From: a virus
DNA length: 64,000 bases
Virus record (IMG/VR): IMGVR_UViG_3300045541_000131
Span: 64,001-128,000 of that record
Reading direction: 5' to 3' (one strand)
The notes under the pieces were generated by a model. That model had not been told where the DNA came from. It ran no database searches and saw only the letters and a program-made list of their open reading frames with translations. The position numbers and the translations under genes were made by a program. The first letter of the stretch is position 1. Every line of letters starts with the position of its first letter. Below, in pieces: positions 47,176 through 55,649 of this stretch.

Positions 47176-48236
47176 AATGTTTTAAAATTTCCGATTGGCG
47201 TCTTTTGTAATTTTTTGACACTACATACTTCAGTGCAGCGAAATATTCTGCTGGATTTTTCAACAGAATGGGTGTCACTTTTCCAGCTGGCGGTCAAATC
47301 ATTGCCATAAAATTCATGCGATAGCACTTGTTCTACAGAATGTAAGTTCAAATCATTCCAATCACTGCTAGCATACGCATCAAATAATCGCTGTTTCATC
47401 AAATCATATTTACCTTGGTCTGCTGTAATAAAACCATTGTGCAAGAAACAGCAGGGCCACAATCTAGCATCATAACCGATAAAAAACATTTTTCTTGTTT
47501 GTGTGTCACAAGAAATACCATCATTGACATAAGTGCTCAATGACTGATTTAATTCTTCAATTGATGTTTTTTTCTTATAAGGCTCAGGTGCATCAACGCT
47601 TTTTTTCTTTTTTATCATATCGATACCAATGGCGCTGACATGACTACGATCATGACGACTCATGAATTCAGCGAAGCCCATTTGTCGACTTAATTCTTTT
47701 GCTTGCTCAACCTGATGGCTGTTCCAGGGAAAAGTTAAAAACTGCCAGCTGGCATAACCTCCTGCTTGAATAAAGGCCTGGGCATTAGACATTATTTTAG
47801 ACCATGTTGTATTTTGTCTATATATGTGATTAGTATCTTCTAGTCCATCGATGCTGAATCTTACTACATGTTTATGAAACTTTTTAAGAATATTAGCCAT
47901 TCGAGTCCAATATTCTTTGTTTCTTAAACTGGCATTAGTATGAATTAATATGCGATAATCTTTTACAGTAGCAGCATAATCTAGGAATTCTAAGAATTCT
48001 GGATGCATTAATGGATCGTCTATAGTGCCACAAAATTCTAATTCTGTTGCCGAAGCAAAACTCGGCGCAGTAAGAATTTTTTTGAATACATCAAAACTTA
48101 TGTATTGTTTGCTGGGAATAATATCTTTGGCATTAGAAAAAGTCACAGTGTCTGTGCGAACACAGCCCAAACACAATGCATTGCACATTGAGCTGAGTTC
48201 AAATTGCAATCTAATGGGATCATTTAGATAATTCAT
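47172..48236 (-). CDS. radical SAM protein, type B
   Basis: CNALCLGC, DDP, SIDGLEDTNHIYR, WPCC, CTEVC. Confidence 0.88.
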   Translation of the reverse strand: MNYLNDPIRLQFELSSMCNALCLGCVRTDTVTFSNAKDIIPSKQYISFDVFKKILTAPSFASATELEFCGTIDDPLMHPEFLEFLDYAATVKDYRILIHTNASLRNKEYWTRMANILKKFHKHVVRFSIDGLEDTNHIYRQNTTWSKIMSNAQAFIQAGGYASWQFLTFPWNSHQVEQAKELSRQMGFAEFMSRHDRSHVSAIGIDMIKKKKSVDAPEPYKKKTSIEELNQSLSTYVNDGISCDTQTRKMFFIGYDARLWPCCFLHNGFITADQGKYDLMKQRLFDAYASSDWNDLNLHSVEQVLSHEFYGNDLTASWKSDTHSVEKSSRIFRCTEVCSVKKLQKTPIGNFKTL

Positions 48237-49170
48237 TATGTTTAGGTATCAGCACATCAGCAGTACACATGCACCATTCTGTGTGACAAATTGAGGGCTC
48301 GGTGGACAATGTTTCAAAATTTGATATGTCTGCAATTTTTTTAGCTTGTCTGCAAGTAGATTGCAGTATTTGTCCATAGCTGGTAATGGAAATATGATCA
48401 ATGCCCATATTACAATTCCATCCAACAAAACTATTTTGTCTATTGTTTACACATTCCACTTCATCAAACACACGAGTATTTTCGTTGTCGCGAATTAAAT
48501 TCTGACCATAGCGATTATGCTGCTTGGGGATAAAGATATTATCTTTGTAAATTGTATTGCTGTTTTCTGCCAACCATTTTAATTGTTCTTCTGTATATTC
48601 GTAGCTAACATCAAATTTATCTACGTGGTCTCGTTTGAAAACTCTGCTAGGTGCAATGGTCACACGCGGCATGTTTTTAAATTTGTAATAAGCATTCAAA
48701 GCTTTGTCCCACAACGGTGGATACATTAATGTAAACACGCCAACATTTGTTTGTGTGCCAATATATTCTACTTTTTCAAATATTTCTTCATCTACAACTG
48801 TTTCGGGATGATAGCTTATGGTTACTTTATATGCTTTCTTTGCGTACTCTTGCCACCAATCTAAACTGCGAGTTCCATTGGTATTAACATAAGCACACCA
48901 ATCATGGGCGTGGCAAAAGTCTAGTATGGGTTCCAGACTGGGACTAATTGTAGGTTCGCCGCCGTTGATAAAAATATGCACACTGCGGCCTTTTACTTGT
49001 TGATAAAGCTTATGTAAGAAATTGTCAATTATTTTTTGATCATCTTCCCTACTGTAAATAAAATTTTGGCCGCGATGAAACATTGGCGGACAATAGCTGC
49101 AATGATAAGTGCATAAGCTGTTTAGTGTCCAGTCAACGACAAATCTATTTGTATCATTGAATATTTTCAT
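48220..49170 (-). CDS. radical SAM protein, type C
   Basis: CTYHCSYC, NGGEP, GWNC...C...C...CMCTAD. Confidence 0.88.
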   Translation of the reverse strand: MKIFNDTNRFVVDWTLNSLCTYHCSYCPPMFHRGQNFIYSREDDQKIIDNFLHKLYQQVKGRSVHIFINGGEPTISPSLEPILDFCHAHDWCAYVNTNGTRSLDWWQEYAKKAYKVTISYHPETVVDEEIFEKVEYIGTQTNVGVFTLMYPPLWDKALNAYYKFKNMPRVTIAPSRVFKRDHVDKFDVSYEYTEEQLKWLAENSNTIYKDNIFIPKQHNRYGQNLIRDNENTRVFDEVECVNNRQNSFVGWNCNMGIDHISITSYGQILQSTCRQAKKIADISNFETLSTEPSICHTEWCMCTADVLIPKHNELSK

Positions 49171-50408
49171 TTTATATCAACTAACCAAGGGAAAGTTTGC
49201 TTCCAGTCAGTTCCGCGACGGCTGTCCATTGTAGTTAAAAACTTTTTCAAATATAATATGTTGTTGTATGGCTGACTACGACTATTTTCAATTTCACTGA
49301 AAATTCCTTTAGTGTATTCTTGAGCTACAGGATCATATTTGTACATAATTTTATTAAGCTCAATCAACTCGTCAAAATATTTTGTATACGTTCCGCTTGG
49401 CATAATATGTGGATCTAAATATTTTGGATCAATACATTTGTTATAATTAACTGAAATTAAACGCTGTTTTTGCCAATGGATAACTTTTCTAACAAGATCA
49501 GCAATATAAGGAATACTCAATGCACTAACTGTCCAGTTCATGCCAGGATGCACTTCGGGGCATTCGTAAACAAGGTAGTTCATGTTTTCTTCAAACGTTG
49601 CCAAGTCTAGACCGTATCTTACATATTCGCTGGCAGGCCCCCAACAATCAATACTGGCTATAATTTGTACACGCTCTACTGTGCCGGCTAATTTACGAAT
49701 CTTTTCCATGTTGCGTCTAAACAACTCAGGCTTAATTTGCATATTGCTGTATATTTCAACGTCAACATTGGGATTGGGATGAGCAATCATCCAATCAATA
49801 CAATCAAAGCATTCTGTTTGAATGAATGGTTCGCCGCCTAATATATCAAAGGCCTTTAAACTACTGTAGTTTTCTTCCATCCACTTGTAGAATTTTTCTA
49901 ACCTTTGCTTGTAAGTGGCGTCTAATTCCCAGGGATCAAAGTCATAGGTCTTGCCCTGGCTGTATTTCCATTCTTCTTTGACCCAGGCGCTGCTGAGATT
50001 GGGGCCGCAGTACAAACATTTTAAGTTACATTTGTTATTAAAGTGTACACTAAGCTGAGTAGGTTTTACTCTGGTCAAGGAAGGATTTTGATACAGTTCA
50101 ACGGGCACATATTTTTTATTATCAGGTCGGCTTAGAAAGTTAACTCTGTCGCTCATGCCACCAGCTAGTTCTTGGTCCCTGCAATGTTCACAGCCGCGGC
50201 CGTCACTGGGCCATTCGCCGCGCAGCATTTTTTCTCTGTGCAAAACTACAGGTGCAGTATTGTGAAAATCATAGTCATCGGGGATATCAGCATTTTGATT
50301 TCTATGACAACTGCTGCTTTTATTTTCCCAAAGATATAAGCTGACTTGACTCCATTTTTGGAGACAAACTGTTTTGCCCTGAGGCGGGAACCATTTTCCA
50401 ATTTCCAT
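49167..50408 (-). CDS. radical SAM protein, type A
   Basis: CLQKW..SCH..CEHC; CNLKCLYC; LGGEP. Confidence 0.88.
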   Translation of the reverse strand: MEIGKWFPPQGKTVCLQKWSQVSLYLWENKSSSCHRNQNADIPDDYDFHNTAPVVLHREKMLRGEWPSDGRGCEHCRDQELAGGMSDRVNFLSRPDNKKYVPVELYQNPSLTRVKPTQLSVHFNNKCNLKCLYCGPNLSSAWVKEEWKYSQGKTYDFDPWELDATYKQRLEKFYKWMEENYSSLKAFDILGGEPFIQTECFDCIDWMIAHPNPNVDVEIYSNMQIKPELFRRNMEKIRKLAGTVERVQIIASIDCWGPASEYVRYGLDLATFEENMNYLVYECPEVHPGMNWTVSALSIPYIADLVRKVIHWQKQRLISVNYNKCIDPKYLDPHIMPSGTYTKYFDELIELNKIMYKYDPVAQEYTKGIFSEIENSRSQPYNNILYLKKFLTTMDSRRGTDWKQTFPWLVDIK

Positions 50409-50437
50409 AGTATGTTTTATAGTGTCGAATATTTATT

Positions 50438-51610
50438 CTAACATTTGTCAAACCAATTAATGTATTCTGGAAATACAGTTCTCCAATTTCTTTTTTTAAT
50501 TAGATCCAGCTGTGTAATGGCGTGTCGGAACTTTTCGGCATTGTTAACATCATTGAGTAAAATGCCCTGTAGATTTTTATGAAAATTTCCTTCAAACTTG
50601 TGATCTATGTTGGCTTGGCGAATATAGTTGTCCAGAGAAATTAATTCTGAATTAAATCTCTGATCTAATATCTCGGGTCTGAAAAATTGTTGATGAGTGT
50701 AATTGTATAAAAAATTTACATTGTAATTACCAAAGTATTTGATAAAATCCACAATCTTTACGATTGTAAACGCATTAAATGTCATCCTGATATTAGTTTT
50801 ATCAGCCATGCTGTGATGTATTTTAAAGTTTTCAACAAATGTTATCCAGTTTAATCCATCACGAACATATTCGGCACGCTCTTCTAAATTTTCTATACTA
50901 AGGATAACAGTGATTTTTATTCTATCCTTAAGGCCAGACTCTTTTATGTTGTTGTAGAACTTTAGGATATTGGAACTTTTTGTGTTACCGTTTGTAGATA
51001 TTCCAATGCTAATTGTATTTTCTACGTTCTTGTCCAAGAAGGCTCGGGCAAGTGTTATTACATCATCTTCAAAATTTTCAACTATAAACGGCTCGCCACC
51101 TGTAATACCAAAATCAATTGCTCTAATATTTTCAGGCAGGTCTTTAATAAAGTCTGCTATATGTTGAATAGTAATTGACGAATAGTTTTTTCTGGGTATA
51201 ATACTGTAAACAGCAACCGAATCACTGTGCAGCCACTGACCTAAACTAACAATACTTGTGCTATAGTCAGGGCTACAGTAAAAGCAGGTTTGATTACAAA
51301 GGTTGGATAATTGTAAATTTATAGTAACTAAATTTTCGTTAGCACCTAAGTTTTTATGCTGACGCCAGCTGACTGAATTTTTATTTTCTTGTCGCCAACA
51401 ATCGTTGCATCTACTAGTTTGCACCCCACTAGCAAGATCCTGGCGGGCTTTAACAGTTTCCCTGTTATTATCAAAGTATTTGTGCTGTAATCGTTGAACT
51501 TCTGATTCTTCAACTATTATCGGAATGAACTTACAGCAATGACTAAATTTGTTTTGATTAAAATTAATGTCGTATGAATTGTTTAATTCCGAGCAATATA
51601 TCGAAGTCAT
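50438..51610 (-). CDS. radical SAM protein, type A
   Basis: HCC..CNDCW; CNQTCFYC; TGGEP. Confidence 0.88.
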   Translation of the reverse strand: MTSIYCSELNNSYDINFNQNKFSHCCKFIPIIVEESEVQRLQHKYFDNNRETVKARQDLASGVQTSRCNDCWRQENKNSVSWRQHKNLGANENLVTINLQLSNLCNQTCFYCSPDYSTSIVSLGQWLHSDSVAVYSIIPRKNYSSITIQHIADFIKDLPENIRAIDFGITGGEPFIVENFEDDVITLARAFLDKNVENTISIGISTNGNTKSSNILKFYNNIKESGLKDRIKITVILSIENLEERAEYVRDGLNWITFVENFKIHHSMADKTNIRMTFNAFTIVKIVDFIKYFGNYNVNFLYNYTHQQFFRPEILDQRFNSELISLDNYIRQANIDHKFEGNFHKNLQGILLNDVNNAEKFRHAITQLDLIKKRNWRTVFPEYINWFDKC

Positions 51611-51613
51611 GAT

Positions 51614-52795
51614 TTATTCAATGGCATCAAACCATTCTATGTATTCAGGAAATACTGTTCGCCAGTTTTTATTTTTAATTGTATCAATATTAGTTATCGC
51701 TCGTTTAAACAACCTTGCATTATCTTTGTCGTCTTTAATCATGTCAGGTAAGAATTTGTAAAATTGTTTTTCAAATCTATGGCCAACATCTTCTGCTGTA
51801 ATATATTGATTTAACCTTTCTAATTCATAATTAAATCTTTTGTCTAATACTTCCATTCTGAGAAAATTCTGAAACGGGTAATTGTAATTAAACTTAACAT
51901 TACTATAGCCCATGAAATATTTAAAAAATTCAGTAATTTTTACTACCGAAAAGGGATTCATAGTTAGTCGTATACTCGATGCATCAGCCATACTGTGATG
52001 AATTTTAAAGTTTTCTTCGAAATTGGACCAAATCAATCCATCCCTTACATATTCTGCTCGCTCTTCAATATTTTCTAGACTAGAAACAATACCAAATGTA
52101 ATTCTATGTTTTAAATTTAATTGATTAAATTTATCGTAAAAATCCATAACCTTTCCGGGTTTTGTATTAGTATTAGTTGATATTACTATGGATACTTGTC
52201 TGGCATCATTGGTAAACAAGAAGACTTTGGCCAACTCGACCATATTATCTTCAAAATCTTCTAATAGAAAAGGCTCTCCACCGGAGATGCTGAGATTTAA
52301 TTGTTCGACTGATTGATCTAAATTTTTTACAAAGTCAATAACAGTTTGAAAACTTATCGATGCTGGAGTATAATTACTTTTAGTAGTGTTTCGAACTTCT
52401 GCGGTGCTAGTATGTATCCATGATCCGTATTTGGCTATTGTGCTACTAGACTCGGGTAAACAATAAAAACAAGATTGATTACACAATGAACTTAATTGAA
52501 TATTGAGATAAAGTTCATTATCTTTAATTCTGTTACTTTTAATCAAGCGCCAACTTGGAAGATTTTTCCCTTCGTTATCCCAACAATCCTGACATCTAGG
52601 CGTTTGTATTCCATTAGCTAAGTCACTGCGGGCCCGTAAAGTTTCAGAATTTTCGTTGAAATAGCGATATCCTAAATTATTTAATTCTGAAGGACTTACT
52701 GATATTCCCTTAAATCTACAGCAATGACTAAATTGTCCGTTATGTAAACTAATATCATAATTTCTATACAATAAATCACAACTAATAGAATCCAT
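51614..52795 (-). CDS. radical SAM protein, type A (close paralog of 50438)
   Basis: HCC..CQDCW; CNQSCFYC; SGGEP. Confidence 0.88.
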   Translation of the reverse strand: MDSISCDLLYRNYDISLHNGQFSHCCRFKGISVSPSELNNLGYRYFNENSETLRARSDLANGIQTPRCQDCWDNEGKNLPSWRLIKSNRIKDNELYLNIQLSSLCNQSCFYCLPESSSTIAKYGSWIHTSTAEVRNTTKSNYTPASISFQTVIDFVKNLDQSVEQLNLSISGGEPFLLEDFEDNMVELAKVFLFTNDARQVSIVISTNTNTKPGKVMDFYDKFNQLNLKHRITFGIVSSLENIEERAEYVRDGLIWSNFEENFKIHHSMADASSIRLTMNPFSVVKITEFFKYFMGYSNVKFNYNYPFQNFLRMEVLDKRFNYELERLNQYITAEDVGHRFEKQFYKFLPDMIKDDKDNARLFKRAITNIDTIKNKNWRTVFPEYIEWFDAIE

Positions 52796-53970
52796 TATGA
52801 AAATTGCTCCTTGAAGGCATCGTATTTAGTTCCGCAAATTTTGGCACACATTGCGGCTTTGCCTTCGGCACAACTAGACTTGTTCCAACTGTCGGGAATT
52901 ACACGCTGAAAGTAGTCGCCGTTGATAATTTGTTCAAGGCTATGATTTTTAGCATTTAAATTATCTAAACCAACTTCGTCGATAAACTTCCAAACCTGAG
53001 CACTTTTTTCTTTATAATACCAAACATACATTTGACCTGCTAGCCAACAACAAGGTTGCACTACGCCCTCGGCAGTAATGTACAAGTTCTTTTCTTTGGC
53101 CACTTTACAGTCAATTACTGCCTCGTCCCAAATGTGTTCTACTGGTTTCTTCTTAGCGGGATCAATGCTAAAGCTTTGCAGACCCTGTAAGTCAACTAGT
53201 TTGTCTACTGTAACTACGTTGTCTACTGTAATAGCCTGTGCGTTGGCAGGATTAGCAGCAGCCTTAAGTTGATCTAGTACAGCATTACGATACTTGGGAT
53301 TCGTCGGTGCTTGCAGTAAGGTAGTTAGGCCTTTGCGATTTTGTGCTTGATGCACGTCTTTCGTTTGAGCTTTTGTATTGCTGAAAAATCTTGCGGACTT
53401 TTTAAACTGAAACTTTTCAAAGCCCATATCTTTACTTAACTGTTCGGCAGCTTCAACTTGATGTTCATTATGAGCAAATACAATAAAGTCCCACCGAGCT
53501 CTGCCTCCTGCTGCAATAAAGGCTCGAACATTGTCCATGATCTTAGACCATACAGTGCCCTGACGATACAAGTGATTAGTATCTTCTAGGCCATCTAAGC
53601 CAAACACTACATAACCCTTACGCCCAATTACTTGTGCTAGTTCTGTCCACCATTCGGGCTTCTTCATTGAACCATTGGTATGCATACTTAAGAACAAGTC
53701 TGGATTTTGTTGCCTAAAGTAAGCAAATGCTTCTAGTGTATCTTTTGCTACAGCAGGATCGCCGTAGTTGCCACACATGTAAATGCGTTTTAGCTGCTTG
53801 ACGAAATCTACTGGAAATATACGTTCAACATCGCTGATACTAAGTTCACGATTATTAAGATGAGGATTAATGTCTCCACCATTTAAGTTCCTTGCACACA
53901 TAGGACAAGAAGCATTACATGCTTCTGTCATTTCTAAATGAACGACTTCGATGTCGTTGTAATTATACAC
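52795..53970 (-). CDS. radical SAM protein, type B
   Basis: CNASCPMC, GDP, TNGS, QPCC, CAKICG. Confidence 0.9.
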   Translation of the reverse strand: MYNYNDIEVVHLEMTEACNASCPMCARNLNGGDINPHLNNRELSISDVERIFPVDFVKQLKRIYMCGNYGDPAVAKDTLEAFAYFRQQNPDLFLSMHTNGSMKKPEWWTELAQVIGRKGYVVFGLDGLEDTNHLYRQGTVWSKIMDNVRAFIAAGGRARWDFIVFAHNEHQVEAAEQLSKDMGFEKFQFKKSARFFSNTKAQTKDVHQAQNRKGLTTLLQAPTNPKYRNAVLDQLKAAANPANAQAITVDNVVTVDKLVDLQGLQSFSIDPAKKKPVEHIWDEAVIDCKVAKEKNLYITAEGVVQPCCWLAGQMYVWYYKEKSAQVWKFIDEVGLDNLNAKNHSLEQIINGDYFQRVIPDSWNKSSCAEGKAAMCAKICGTKYDAFKEQFS

Positions 53971-54640
53971 CTAACCACTCCATAAATTTAGTTTCTAACC
54001 ATTTAAAGTCGTTAACTAAGTTAATATTATTGCCTGGTTGAGCAGCATATAATTCGCCGGCCCTTGCGCCGTGAATAGAAAAATATCCGTGTTTAGATTC
54101 TAGGCCAGCATTGAGCCACATATTAAGTCTATCTAAACTTTCTTGATCGTTATTGTTTTTGTTAATGCCGGCACTGAGTTTAACTGCTTCTCTAAATGCT
54201 GTGCGCCATGTTGCATAAGGATTATAATTAAATCTATGCTCGCTGGCTAGAACATTTACTTTAATATAACTATCTGCTAATGTAGTAGTCATGTCTGGCC
54301 GATCTAATCGTTCAGCACTAAAACAATCTTTACTAAACAATTTGATGCCGCCATGGCCATATACTAGACCATTCACAGGATTCTTAGCGCGAAATACTGC
54401 TACACTCTTGGGCTTTAGGTCAATGATTTTGTCAAAGTTAAAGCTATCCACTATCCAGGAGTCGCCATCTACCACATAGAAACGATCTACTGGGCAATTT
54501 TCGGCTAGATATTTGTGACTTTCAAAAATGTTACCGGGTGCAGACACAGGCATAGCATGCGGTACTTTGGACTTTAATTGTTCAAAATTTTGATATTTGT
54601 CAGTTTCGTCGGTGTATAAAAAGTAAACAGGTATTGTCAT
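53963..54640 (-). CDS. GT-A-like glycosyltransferase, paralog 3
   Basis: VVDGD (DxD), NGLVYGHGGIKL, WRTAFRE. Confidence 0.6.
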   Translation of the reverse strand: MTIPVYFLYTDETDKYQNFEQLKSKVPHAMPVSAPGNIFESHKYLAENCPVDRFYVVDGDSWIVDSFNFDKIIDLKPKSVAVFRAKNPVNGLVYGHGGIKLFSKDCFSAERLDRPDMTTTLADSYIKVNVLASEHRFNYNPYATWRTAFREAVKLSAGINKNNNDQESLDRLNMWLNAGLESKHGYFSIHGARAGELYAAQPGNNINLVNDFKWLETKFMEWLGV

Positions 54641-54641
54641 A

Positions 54642-55649
54642 TTAATATCTAGGTAGTGTAAATCCAAATAAAGGCAATGCACTATGATTTAGCATTGCAG
54701 GCCAACCAAAGTTTTTAGGAGGATTAATGTTAACATGTTTGAACCAACGACTTTGATCAGCATCTAGTTCAACTAAAGGTAAGTTGAGTTCTTTAACTAA
54801 TGCTTCCATAACTCTGTGACTGTCTTCATCGGGATCTGTAGTTAGCTCTTCGATGTCAGCCCAATAGTTCTTAAACCAGTCATAGTCGCTGATTAGACTG
54901 TGATCAAAGTTTTCAATGTATAAGTTATAGGCACCCAGTCTTGCACCGTAAATCGCCCAAGCACCATTTTCAACATCGCGACCTACTGTCATCCAGATGA
55001 GCCAACGAGCAAAGTTACCAGGATACATCTTGTGATTAAAGTCTTCTACTTTAACTTTATGTCCTTGATCTAGACCCATCTTAACACCTTCGCGGAATCC
55101 TGCTCTAAATGCTTGGAATGCACTGGCATTGTTCATGACAGTGCCGTAGGTGTTGTTCATTTGCTTGTAATTGTCAAAGTCCCAGCAGAAGTCTACATTG
55201 TTGTCGTTGTCGTCTTTGGTGGCTGCTTCGTGTGTACGCATACTCATGACATAAGGAGCATACCAAAGCTTAACTCCGCCGTTGCCATAGACTAGGCCGT
55301 TGACAATATTACGACTGCTCCAGCTGAATGTTGACTTACTTTCACTTTCAGGCACTTCGATAGTCTGACGCCATATGCTAGGATCAACAAAGCAGTCGCC
55401 ATCCACTGTAAAAAATCTATTGTTTTCTGCAAAACGAGCACAGGCTTTGTGAGCGGCATCTAATCCTTTGACCCCATGAACTCTGTGTACTAAGTTTTTA
55501 TTAGGATGAGTGGCTTGCAGTCTTTCAAAATTAGCGTCAGCATTAGGTTCGTCGTAACTTAAGAATACTACAGGTATATCCCTAAGACGAAGATTAGTGT
55601 TAGTTAAATTATTAATATTACTGGTGTTTATAGAATTCATTAAACTCAT
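54642..55649 (-). CDS. GT-A-like glycosyltransferase, paralog 2
   Basis: FLSYDEPNA, AAHKA, TVDGD, NGLVYGNGGVKL, FRAGFRE. Confidence 0.6.
   Translation of the reverse strand: MSLMNSINTSNINNLTNTNLRLRDIPVVFLSYDEPNADANFERLQATHPNKNLVHRVHGVKGLDAAHKACARFAENNRFFTVDGDCFVDPSIWRQTIEVPESESKSTFSWSSRNIVNGLVYGNGGVKLWYAPYVMSMRTHEAATKDDNDNNVDFCWDFDNYKQMNNTYGTVMNNASAFQAFRAGFREGVKMGLDQGHKVKVEDFNHKMYPGNFARWLIWMTVGRDVENGAWAIYGARLGAYNLYIENFDHSLISDYDWFKNYWADIEELTTDPDEDSHRVMEALVKELNLPLVELDADQSRWFKHVNINPPKNFGWPAMLNHSALPLFGFTLPRY

Noticed and set aside
29684-53970. Classical RiPP (ranthipeptide/sactipeptide) cluster
   Set aside because: No Cys-rich or leader-bearing precursor peptide, RRE, peptidase or exporter was recognised; the context is glycan-modifying.
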